Shown here: positions 41,938 to 51,022 of the stretch, one piece after another
Position numbering within the stretch: the first letter of the stretch is position 1
Layout of the letters: the number at the start of each line of letters is the position of its first letter
Origin: Candidatus Limnocylindrales bacterium
GTDB taxonomy: Bacteria; Moduliflexota; Moduliflexia; Moduliflexales; JAUQPW01
Assembly: GCA_035559535.1 (NCBI GenBank)
Contig: DATMBG010000058.1
Span: 1-64,000, forward strand
DNA length: 64,000 nt
Reading direction: 5' to 3'
Notes under the pieces: generated by a model
What the model saw: only the letters and a program-made list of their open reading frames with translations
What the model was told of the DNA's origin: nothing
The model's database searches: none
Translations under genes and position numbers: made by a program

Positions 41938-43080
41938 TTAAGGAAAGTGCTTAAATCTTTTTTGAAATCGTAAACCCAAAGCCAACCCTGGTAAGAGCAA
42001 GCTGGGTAAAAACACCTGGAACAGAGGTTGTTCTTTGATTCGTGTTGCTACCACACTTTGACTCTGCTCCATTCCGTCAATATCCTTTGCGATCTTTTGA
42101 AACATATCTTGTAAGCCGGTCGCCGTACTATCCCAGGTGTAAGCTTTCCAGGAGGGGTTCTTATTCAAATGTGCATCCAATTGATAAGGACGATTTTTAA
42201 GGCTGACAAAGTAGACATGGTGGAATCCTAGTCGTTCATAATAATCAAGAATTTTTAAATAATCAACCCGCTCCGCCGGAGAAGTTGGATCTAGAAGCTG
42301 TCCATCGGTCACAACAATAAGCGCTTTGCCGGAACCTACCTCTTCAAGCCTGGAGACGAGGGGAATTTTAAGCGGATAGATCTCTTCATTATTTTTCTGC
42401 CGCCAATGCCAGAGAAACCTTTGAAGGTCGTTTTGGAGTTCTTGATAGATTTTATCCTGTTCTACAGGGTCGAATTGTTGTATAGCCATGCGGGTCTCCA
42501 CTTCATCTTCAAGAAAGCTGGCCAGGGCTTTAAACAAACCCAGACCGATTTGAGTTCCTTTCTCTTTGGAAGTCGTCTGATCCAGACTATCTAAATTGAA
42601 CTCTTGAATGACCGAGGGTCGGGTAACCTCCATAATCAGCCCTGCGTGGTTCCGGGTAAAAATACCGCCGCTCGCATCGGAGTCAAACCGTACCAGGGCC
42701 ATGCGGTCTTCTTTAGGTCTTTTATAAATAAAATCAACCAGGGCGTCCCTTACGACCATTTCCAATAGCCTGGTTTGGGTCATGCTGGCAGAGGTATCTA
42801 AAAGAATCAGAATACTACGGGCTTCTTTAACTTCATAGGTCTCTTTTTTTCCCAAGAAAGGCTCGCCCATTAAAAATATTAAGATGAAGAGAAAAGCATA
42901 AAGGCAATAAGAGGGAAGGTTTTTAATCCAGCCAGGTCTTGCGACTTCCCGGGCTTGCTGCCTTACCTGAGGTGGCATACTCACAGAAAGATGGGGAGGT
43001 ACCTGTCGTCGGGAGAACCCCTTAAGAAGGATCAGTGGAAGTAAAAGCAAAAAGGCTATGGGATATTGAAAGTGAAGCAT
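41938..43080 (-). CDS. VWA domain protein (MxaC/BatA-like)
   Basis: LHFQYPIAFLLL, MIDAS DTSAS...GTQIG...TDG. Confidence 0.88.
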   Translation of the reverse strand: MLHFQYPIAFLLLLPLILLKGFSRRQVPPHLSVSMPPQVRQQAREVARPGWIKNLPSYCLYAFLFILIFLMGEPFLGKKETYEVKEARSILILLDTSASMTQTRLLEMVVRDALVDFIYKRPKEDRMALVRFDSDASGGIFTRNHAGLIMEVTRPSVIQEFNLDSLDQTTSKEKGTQIGLGLFKALASFLEDEVETRMAIQQFDPVEQDKIYQELQNDLQRFLWHWRQKNNEEIYPLKIPLVSRLEEVGSGKALIVVTDGQLLDPTSPAERVDYLKILDYYERLGFHHVYFVSLKNRPYQLDAHLNKNPSWKAYTWDSTATGLQDMFQKIAKDIDGMEQSQSVVATRIKEQPLFQVFLPSLLLPGLALGLRFQKRFKHFP

Positions 43081-43083
43081 TTT

Positions 43084-44901
43084 TTAAAGAATCTGTTTGG
43101 TAATTTCTTCTACCCTGGCCAGTAAGCTCTGGGCCTCAACAGGTGAAAGGGATAAGGATTTTTTAAGAACTTGTTTCTCAAGGGAATGTAACAGGCTCAA
43201 GGCTTCGGCAACAGGATCTTTATCGGGGTCTAAAACCATCCCTGAAGCTTGCCGGGGAGGTACCCGCTTCATATACTGCTTGATAGATTCACTGGAAGTA
43301 CCTAATCCACCCAAGAAATGTGTTTCATCTTGATAGTAGCGCTCTCCAAGGAGATGTTTTAAAAGGATGATCAGGAAGTGAAGCCATTCTCTTTCCTGAT
43401 CCATACTACCTTGAAAGGTTAAAGATTCCAGCATTCTCTGGGCTTCTTTAAGACGTCCTTGATATTTTGTGGTCAGAGTTTTAAGGAGCCGGTCTAGAGA
43501 GTAAGATTCCTGTTCTAACTTTGCCAGATCCAGAGACCGCCGGGATAGGCTCCAGGTTCCTATCATTCCGACTATGAAAAGTAAAATTCCTACGGTAGCT
43601 CCGGTCGGTACAATCCAGGAGGGTATGTTATAGGGGGTTAAGGAAATGAGCTGGCCAGGTATCCTGGTAAGCCGTTGGGGGAGATGGGTTGGAATAGTAA
43701 TGGCCGTATACATGCTTGCCCGAAAGACCTTAATACGTTTTTGATCATTCAGCTCTTTATAAGCTACCTGGACAGGATAAGCCGGAAGAATATAAGTGCC
43801 TGTTTTAGATAAACGAAAAATGATGGCTACTTCCTCGAGGATCCTACCGTCTTGGAGGTTTTGGGTCTTTTTTTCAATCTGATCTACTTGAATAAGTTCA
43901 TCGGGAAGACGGGTATTTTCAGAAATCCAGGCATAAACGGCCTCTTTTGTAAAGGTTTTCGGTAATAGCTCAACGTCCTGGTCTCGTTCGATTCGCAAGG
44001 TGTAGTGGATCGGTTCCCAAATGCCGAAGGTGTTGATTCCAACGGGTTGAGCCTGGACTTCAACGGGCATACGTAACCTCAACCACCGAAGTTTAGCACG
44101 CTTCACCACTCCGGACATTTGTTGGTAGCGAAGGACGGTAGCCAGAATATTGGTGGGAGCTCCTTTCTTTAGCTGTAAAACCACAGGAGTTTTAAAATTA
44201 TCGTTATGTCCTATTTCTTTGACATAGTTCGCTTCGTTAGTCTCTCTGATTTGGGTAACTCCTCCCGGGATGAGTTCTGGAGGGAGGAATTCCACCTCAA
44301 ATTGGACGAAGGGAGCAACCATTTTATCTGGAAATAAAAAAACCGGCAGTACAAAATCAAATCCGGGTATTTGGGCCAGATTATCCAGGACGACCAGGAG
44401 TTTTTCCACAGCCAGGATATCCTTAAAAGTTACCAGGTAAGCTTCAAATTCTGGAGCCGCCTTTATTTTGGGTTTTGCATCCGCCGCAAGATATCCAATG
44501 GCATAAACTTCTTCCTTTTCCGGAGAGGGCAAGGCCTGAAAAGTATCTATTTCTGGAAAATCCTCTGGAGGCTTCTTCAAGAAGTTTTGTACCCTTTCTT
44601 TTTGAGAGTTATCGGGTTGTTCTAAAACAATCACTATCCGTTGGCGGGAAAGGAATGGGAAGAGATCCTCCTGTTTGAATCGATCATTTTCAACATGGAT
44701 CCACACAAAGTGTTCTCGTTGATAGTAGAGCGGTTTCTGCCCTGGACCTGGGCCTGTCTGACTCTGGGCCAAAACCTGTCCTGAATCCGGTCGAAGAAGG
44801 AGAGGGAGGTCTTGGATTTTGTTGGGGAATCTCACAGGAATCCGCTCAGGGGGGAGAAGGATTAAAACCAGGCAAAGGGATAAGAGGGTAAATTTTTTCA
44901 T
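43084..44901 (-). CDS. Exported protein with C-terminal MxaA/BatD-like Ig domain and TM
   Basis: Signal peptide; GIWEPIHYTLRI...GTYILPAYPV; late TM; position in MoxR-VWA operon. Confidence 0.55.
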   Translation of the reverse strand: MKKFTLLSLCLVLILLPPERIPVRFPNKIQDLPLLLRPDSGQVLAQSQTGPGPGQKPLYYQREHFVWIHVENDRFKQEDLFPFLSRQRIVIVLEQPDNSQKERVQNFLKKPPEDFPEIDTFQALPSPEKEEVYAIGYLAADAKPKIKAAPEFEAYLVTFKDILAVEKLLVVLDNLAQIPGFDFVLPVFLFPDKMVAPFVQFEVEFLPPELIPGGVTQIRETNEANYVKEIGHNDNFKTPVVLQLKKGAPTNILATVLRYQQMSGVVKRAKLRWLRLRMPVEVQAQPVGINTFGIWEPIHYTLRIERDQDVELLPKTFTKEAVYAWISENTRLPDELIQVDQIEKKTQNLQDGRILEEVAIIFRLSKTGTYILPAYPVQVAYKELNDQKRIKVFRASMYTAITIPTHLPQRLTRIPGQLISLTPYNIPSWIVPTGATVGILLFIVGMIGTWSLSRRSLDLAKLEQESYSLDRLLKTLTTKYQGRLKEAQRMLESLTFQGSMDQEREWLHFLIILLKHLLGERYYQDETHFLGGLGTSSESIKQYMKRVPPRQASGMVLDPDKDPVAEALSLLHSLEKQVLKKSLSLSPVEAQSLLARVEEITKQIL

Positions 44902-45137
44902 AGTGTATACGCGTTAGAGTGTTAAAATTGTTGTAATGGTTCCCCCTTACCTTCTCTTACAGCATGGGAGAGGGAAGAGGGTAAGAGGCTAAAATCTCTT
45001 TTTTTCTGTTCCTTCCTTCTTCCTTCCGAAGCCTCGGAAGAGGGGTTAGGGATGAGGATCTGAATCATTTCCATTATTTACCATCCGTTTTTAAGTATTT
45101 CTTCAAAAGGGACAGCACCTGAAGGCTTGCCGGGTTA

Positions 45138-46289
45138 TTACGCTATAACTTTGAGAGGAACCCCTCGGAGGATTCTCCGAACAACCTGGCGTAGAAATCC
45201 GATATCATCTCGCAGGTCGAATATCTTTTCCCCTTGTGGGATTAGATTTTCATCCAGATATTGAATAGGCTTACTCACCCGTTGAGCCAGGAGCGTGCTG
45301 TCCAGTACAATCCGGTGATTGAATACATCGAAGGCGAGATCTTGAATATCTTCGTACCACACCTCATCCCGTCCTTCCAGAAAGGCTCTGGTTTTAGCCA
45401 GGTTGATGAGGACGAGATGGGTTCGGGGGGAACATCCCACTAAAACCGGCGAACGGTTTCCCACATAAAGATCTTGAAGGCAATTCCTATGAAGGGCTAC
45501 TTCTTCACCGCCTGCCTTGGGTCGGGTTGCATAGACCAGCCGTACTGCATAGGCTCTACAGGCATCATCTACATAAACGTGGGAGCGGATAAACTCCCGA
45601 ATGGCTATTACTTCTTCTTTTTCCATGACCGGTTTGAGGGATAATCTGGCGAAGGAGTCTTCACGTTTTGACAAAGCCAGTTCGTCTTCTTCTGAGAGAT
45701 AATCCAGGATGACCCGCATGGCAAAGCGATCAAGAAGGGCCTCCGGAAGGGGGTAGGTTCCTTCCTGTTCCAGAGGGTTTTGTGTGGCGATAACAAAAAA
45801 GGGATCCTCGATAAAAAAACGTTCATGGCCGATATCTACTTTTCCCTCTGCCATGGCTTGCAGAGCAGCACTTAAAGTGCGAGGCGGGGTTCGATTAATT
45901 TCATCCAGGAGTACATTATTGGAAAAAATCGGACCCCGTAGAAATGCAAACTCTTTTTTACCGTTTGGGCTTTCAAGAATGGGAGTTCCAAGAATATCCG
46001 AGGGTAACATATCGGCTACCAACTGAATTCTTCGAAAAGCCCCTCCAATGAGGTGAGCGATGGTCTCCCCGGCCGTAGATTTTCCAAGGCCTGGATAAGC
46101 TAAAAGCAAAAGATGTGCACAGGTCGTCCGTCCCAGGGTTTTCTGACCATCTGAGAAAAGACCATAAAGAATTCGACGGACTAACTTATCATAACCCACC
46201 ATGACCTGACGAACCTGTTGATCTAACAGAGTCAGTTTCTCTCGATACTTTCTTTTTTCTTCCGAATGAACGTTCATAACTCCCATCAT
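45138..46289 (-). CDS. moxR: MoxR family AAA+ ATPase (MxaR-like)
   Basis: PGLGKS, DMLPSDILG, LLDEINR, ATQNPLEQEGTYPLPEALLDRF. Confidence 0.95.
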   Translation of the reverse strand: MMGVMNVHSEEKRKYREKLTLLDQQVRQVMVGYDKLVRRILYGLFSDGQKTLGRTTCAHLLLLAYPGLGKSTAGETIAHLIGGAFRRIQLVADMLPSDILGTPILESPNGKKEFAFLRGPIFSNNVLLDEINRTPPRTLSAALQAMAEGKVDIGHERFFIEDPFFVIATQNPLEQEGTYPLPEALLDRFAMRVILDYLSEEDELALSKREDSFARLSLKPVMEKEEVIAIREFIRSHVYVDDACRAYAVRLVYATRPKAGGEEVALHRNCLQDLYVGNRSPVLVGCSPRTHLVLINLAKTRAFLEGRDEVWYEDIQDLAFDVFNHRIVLDSTLLAQRVSKPIQYLDENLIPQGEKIFDLRDDIGFLRQVVRRILRGVPLKVIA

Positions 46290-46792
46290 AATTTATTTAA
46301 CTCTTATTTTTTCCTTTGTTTTCTCCTTTAATACTTATATACGCCAATTAAAATCTACGCTACGCTTTAAACTATACTTTACCCGCTATCCCCTTGTCAA
46401 GAACCCTAATCTACATCGGTATTAATTTGGTGAATAAAAGAAAAAACACCCCTTTACTCCCCGGGAGGGGCGACTTATAGGAATCACTCCTTTAGAATTC
46501 CCCTTTAAAAGGGGTAGGAAAGTGTTTGGAAAAGAAATCCTTTGACCGAATTGGGAGAGTGTTCTTCGATAAGGTAGAAGCAGGATAGAAAAGAAAAACA
46601 ACCAAAAATAAAAAAATATCGAAATGGATTAACTACCTCTATCGGTTACAGCGTTTAGTGGGCTTCCATTTTTTATAGATTTTATGGAAGCCCATCTAGG
46701 GAGTGGCTATAACCCTCAGATCAGGTTGATAAAAGGATTACTTCTTGCCTACGGATAAGCAAAACAATTTCAGATTAACTCCAGTTAAAGAG

Positions 46793-47239
46793 TTAGGGGA
46801 TGTAATCTATCAAGTTCTTCTCATCTGTCCACCCGGCATATACGATCCGTGAGATCTGGTGGTGGAGAAGCTCGTAGCGTTTACGAAACTCCACGGCGAA
46901 GGTTACCTTGATTTTATCGCCCTGACGTTCAAGGACTTTAACCGATGGATGCATGATCTTTTCGGCGTATTCATGGTCTAAATACATGCAGAGCTTTTTA
47001 TCCAGTAATTGTTTTTTTAACTCCTCCAGATCTTTACCCTGCCATTTTCGTTGTTCTTCAATAGCCTGGTCATAGGCTTCTGGCCCGGTGCATATCCAGG
47101 AACCTTCTTTCAAAGTTTTCAGGTACTCAGCTTGTTCTCCTTCGGATTTATTGGTGTAACCTCCAGAAGATTCTTCAGCCGCATAGGCCAATCCAACCAT
47201 CATACTTCCCAGCAACAATACAAGGCAAATCGTCTTCAT
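46793..47239 (-). CDS. Exported hypothetical protein
   Basis: Sec signal (MKT...AYA), SD ggagg, two Cys in the mature part. Confidence 0.75.
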   Translation of the reverse strand: MKTICLVLLLGSMMVGLAYAAEESSGGYTNKSEGEQAEYLKTLKEGSWICTGPEAYDQAIEEQRKWQGKDLEELKKQLLDKKLCMYLDHEYAEKIMHPSVKVLERQGDKIKVTFAVEFRKRYELLHHQISRIVYAGWTDEKNLIDYIP

Positions 47240-47251
47240 GTTTCCTCCTTC

Positions 47252-47794
47252 TTACTTTCCAGGATCTTTCCAGTTGGCTCCTTCAATAGCCAGTGTTTCC
47301 AGGTATGCCCCGATCTGAGAGATTTGTTGTTCATTGAGAACCTCCTTCCAGGGGGGCATTTGTCTTTGAGGTCTTCCGTTCTTTACAATGGTAACAAACT
47401 CGCTGTAACCCCGCCAAAACTTGCGTAAATCGGCGGCATAACTACCAAATCGGGATTCACCATTGGCTTTTGGACCATGGCATTGGGTACACCAGGTAAA
47501 ATAAAGCTTACGTCCGGCTTCGATGGCTTCTGGTTTACCCGATAAAGGATTGGAAGAAGGGATCGGCATGGAGAGTTTCTTCTCCTCCGATTTTTGTTCT
47601 TCTGCAGGTTTATCTGTTTTCTGTTCTTCGGCCGGTTGACTTGATTTTGGTTCTTCTGCGGGTTTATCAGACTTTTGTTCTTCTTTTTGCTTTTCCATGG
47701 CAAAAACGTTAAATCCTTTGATGCCTGATCCAAGCGAAACGATGAGGGTGATTGCAAGCAAAAGTACCCACCCTTTGTACCGGTTGAATGTCAC
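47252..47794 (-). CDS. Monoheme cytochrome c (PedF/XoxG/MxaG-like partner)
   Basis: CTQCHG heme motif, axial Met in QMPPW, NPLSG..AIEAGRKLY; GTG start with aaggag. Confidence 0.92.
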   Translation of the reverse strand: MTFNRYKGWVLLLAITLIVSLGSGIKGFNVFAMEKQKEEQKSDKPAEEPKSSQPAEEQKTDKPAEEQKSEEKKLSMPIPSSNPLSGKPEAIEAGRKLYFTWCTQCHGPKANGESRFGSYAADLRKFWRGYSEFVTIVKNGRPQRQMPPWKEVLNEQQISQIGAYLETLAIEGANWKDPGK

Positions 47795-48003
47795 GTCTGA
47801 GTCTCCTTTTTGTTAAGAACGTGAACTAAATAAGATCAAAATCTCTTGATTACCTGTTTACAAGAAAAAAGATAGATTATTTAATTCACGTTCCCTGATC
47901 GTTGATGAAGGGAAACTATTCTTGAAAGATATCGTTAAAGAATATCGGATAAAAAATAAAGAATTGCAACTTATTTAATTTAAGTTCTTGAGTAAGGATA
48001 TCA

Positions 48004-48058
48004 AGAAAAAAGGTGGGACAAGAGAAAATGAAGAAGATAATTTCTTGTCCCACCTTTC
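48004..48058 (-). terminator. Intrinsic terminator after the PQQ dehydrogenase gene
   Basis: aaggtgggacaag...cttgtcccacctt followed by a T-run on the minus strand. Confidence 0.7.
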
Positions 48059-48073
48059 AGCGTTTAACTTACC

Positions 48074-49828
48074 TTATGGGAGAGAGAAAACGACGATGGC
48101 GGCGCTTTCCTTCATATTAATGAGTTGATCCTTATAGTAATGATCTGCAAGGGCACGACCCACATAGGAGCCATGACCACTGGCTACGGCAATGTACTGT
48201 TTACCGTCCACCGCGTAGGAAATAATACCTCCATTGTGGCCAGAACCGTTGTTAAACCGCCACAGCCTATCGCCCGTCTTGGCATCTAAAGCTTCCACCC
48301 AACCATCGGTGGTACCTACAAAGACCAGACCGCCGGCCGTAGAGAGAAGGGCTGAATGGGGAATGATATCATACCGTTTCTCCCAGGCGATTTTTCCGGT
48401 GAGTGGATCACGGGCCGTGAGGCGACCATGGGCTTTATCGTTGGGGGGATTGGTACCTACCCATTCAGCATTCATAAAGGCCTGGGCAAAAGGCTCCAGA
48501 ATACGGGTTTCAGCACCGGCCGTGATGGTCGTTCCACCCCCTTTTGGAGCAACGGTCAGATACATACACCATTCATTGGCAATACGATAGAACAACTTGG
48601 TTTGTGGACTATAAGTACCGGCATTCCAGCTATGTCCTCCGTCGATGGCCGGGCAAACCAGAGTTTTCTCTCCGGGCTTTGGCCACAGCATGTTTTCCCA
48701 CTCGCCTTTTTCCAAATTAAAACCACTGGTCCAGTTGAAGTTTTTCATGTCGGGATAGACATTGACGGGTTTACCGGTTTTCAGGTCATGGACATGGTTA
48801 AATCCGTTTTTGCCGGGATGGAGGACGAGTCTTCGGCCCTTGTCATCCTGGAAGATTACATATTCTCCCGGAGCCGCATCGTAATCATAAGGATCACTGG
48901 GGGCTTCCTGGAAATACCATTTCAGCTTACCGGTATTCAGATCTAAAGCAACGGTAGAGGAGGTATAGAGGTTGTCTCCAGGCCGCCAACCATCGGCTTT
49001 AGGATCTCTACACTTGTCGCCACAGTAATCATAGTCTGGATTGGGGTTACCGGTTCCTATGAGGATCTGGTTGTTCTCGTAATCCACCGTTCCAGGTTGC
49101 CAGGATCCTCCTCCGCCATACTTCCAGGAGTCTCCACCCCAGGTCGCCAGGGCTTTGGGATCATCTCGTCCGGTGGTATAGAAGATCCACTTAATATCAC
49201 CGGTTTTGGGGTTGAGACCGAAGATTTTACCTTCAATGGGATATTCTCCACCATTCTGTCCGATAACGAACAGGTCAGAGTTTACAAAGGTACCGGCCCC
49301 ACTGAAACCGACCGTCTCCTTTTTAGCGTTTACTAATTGCTTGTCCCATATGACCTTACCGTCTTTTTCATCCAGGGCCACCACCCGACCATCGGCAGTA
49401 CCCATATAAACCCGTCCGTCACCGATTGCCAGGCCTCGAGTATGGGCGAAGAATGAACGGGAAACTACGGCTTCATCCATTTTTGGAACCCAGGCCCAAA
49501 TCCTTTCACCGGTTTTAGCATCCAGTTTCCAAACCGTCGACGGGTTAGTCGATACATACATCATCCCATCAATAACCAGAGGGGTGCTATGTAGACCCAT
49601 GCGGGGATCTCCGGGTTGGAAAATCCAGGCAGGACGTAAATCCTTAACATTTTTGGTATTAATCTGATCCAAGGGGCTATACCGCCAGCCTGTGTCTACG
49701 GTTCGATGGTAGGCACACCAATTCTCAGGAGGACAATTCTTAATTTTATCCGCGGAAGAATCGGCTAAAACAACCGAAGCCGTGAACATGACGGTTAGAG
49801 TAAGTAAAATAGCTGAATATTTTCTCAT
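48074..49828 (-). CDS. PQQ-dependent alcohol dehydrogenase family protein (divergent methanol/ethanol type)
   Basis: RYSPLDQIN, TPLVIDG, W-motif propeller repeats, GTGNP, RPGDNLYT, YDYD, GKQYIAV; Sec signal; start ATG 49828 behind aaggaggg. Confidence 0.94.
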   Translation of the reverse strand: MRKYSAILLTLTVMFTASVVLADSSADKIKNCPPENWCAYHRTVDTGWRYSPLDQINTKNVKDLRPAWIFQPGDPRMGLHSTPLVIDGMMYVSTNPSTVWKLDAKTGERIWAWVPKMDEAVVSRSFFAHTRGLAIGDGRVYMGTADGRVVALDEKDGKVIWDKQLVNAKKETVGFSGAGTFVNSDLFVIGQNGGEYPIEGKIFGLNPKTGDIKWIFYTTGRDDPKALATWGGDSWKYGGGGSWQPGTVDYENNQILIGTGNPNPDYDYCGDKCRDPKADGWRPGDNLYTSSTVALDLNTGKLKWYFQEAPSDPYDYDAAPGEYVIFQDDKGRRLVLHPGKNGFNHVHDLKTGKPVNVYPDMKNFNWTSGFNLEKGEWENMLWPKPGEKTLVCPAIDGGHSWNAGTYSPQTKLFYRIANEWCMYLTVAPKGGGTTITAGAETRILEPFAQAFMNAEWVGTNPPNDKAHGRLTARDPLTGKIAWEKRYDIIPHSALLSTAGGLVFVGTTDGWVEALDAKTGDRLWRFNNGSGHNGGIISYAVDGKQYIAVASGHGSYVGRALADHYYKDQLINMKESAAIVVFSLP

Positions 49829-50012
49829 ACGAAACCCTCCTTTTGGTTTCATGAAGGCGAGACATGTTATCCCGATGACCCATGTCCGCCTTTGGTTGTC
49901 ACTGGTACTCTCGTCCGCACTCTACCCTTTGTAGAGTAACCAGTGGAGCCCGAGTGATACAATGACCGCCTGCATCAGTTGAAAACCACTTCCTGCTGCG
50001 GTGATACACTCC
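49829..50012 (-). promoter_or_regulatory. Structured 5' leader of the PQQ dehydrogenase gene (candidate cis-regulatory RNA)
   Basis: Four consecutive hairpins, the last enclosing the SD; TTGACA at 50043-50038 (minus) just upstream. Confidence 0.5.
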
Positions 50013-50435
50013 ATTTTGTACTGGGTATTTATATGGCTGTCAAGAAAAAATTAGGAAAAAAAGAAAAATTTCTAAATAAAGGGTATAATAAGCTCTATTC
50101 GCCTTTCCATGGGGCTTTACACCTTCTTCTTTTCCTTTGTCTAACGTTTATTACTTTTCTTTGAGAACCTTTCAAAGAAAATTTCCCTACGGTCCCCCCT
50201 TCTTCGTATAAGGAGAATTCATTAAACATTTGTTTGATTTGCATATTTTATTGATTTTACATATGTTATTATGGAATGGAAGTCGAGAGTAAAAATTTTT
50301 TATCTTCTCTCTTGACATCTTGATTTACGTATGTTAATTAAACAGCAAATCTATAGACCCTCTCCCAAAGACTTTAAAGCAGGCAGGTTTCCAGAACTTT
50401 TTAAAGCCCCATTAAGAAAGGAGGAGACAACTCTT

Positions 50436-50948
50436 ATGGAAGAAAATCTTCTTATCTCTTATCTGAAAGGATATTTTTATCGGTTATCCCGAAATCCCGA
50501 AAGGGCTCTCAAGGTCTATCGCAAAATCCTGAACCACCATCCTCAAAAAGTTTGGCTTTATCCGCTTATTGTTAAACTTCATGGTAAAGCAAAAAAAGAT
50601 ATCCTGGAACTGGATCTTCCCACACTAAGAAGAGCGTTATTTCTTAGACCTCATCAGAAAGCCATCGTAATGGCTGCGGCAAATTATTATTTAAGGAAAA
50701 ATATCATGACCCCGGAAGCGGCCAAAATTTATAACATAGCTTTGGCGTTTGACCCGGATAATATCGATTTGCTCAATGCCCTGGGTCGCATTTACCTGCA
50801 AGACACAAAGAATTATGCCAAAGGGCTAGATATTTATCATAAGCTGGCCAGTTTGGGGCAAGGCGAGCTTTTGAACAATCAAAATCTGGTCCGCGCTTTC
50901 CTCAAGCGAAACTCTGAAAAGCTTTATGGAGTGAGCTCTATTAATTAA
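50436..50948 (+). CDS. Small TPR protein, paralog of the N-terminus of the downstream NTPase
   Basis: TPR pattern; SD aaggaggag before ATG 50436; promoter TTGACA-17-TAATTA at 50313-50341. Confidence 0.8.
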   Translation: MEENLLISYLKGYFYRLSRNPERALKVYRKILNHHPQKVWLYPLIVKLHGKAKKDILELDLPTLRRALFLRPHQKAIVMAAANYYLRKNIMTPEAAKIYNIALAFDPDNIDLLNALGRIYLQDTKNYAKGLDIYHKLASLGQGELLNNQNLVRAFLKRNSEKLYGVSSIN

Positions 50949-51022
50949 AGGCTGAAGGATAAAGGCTGAAGGATGAAAGAAGCTTGGCTCTAAACATCCT
51001 CCACCCTTCATCCTTTACGAAA

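Noticed and set aside
48074..49828. Calling the enzyme mxaF or xoxF
   Set aside because: Lacks the vicinal CC and other MDH-specific motifs; no mxaI/xoxJ recognised
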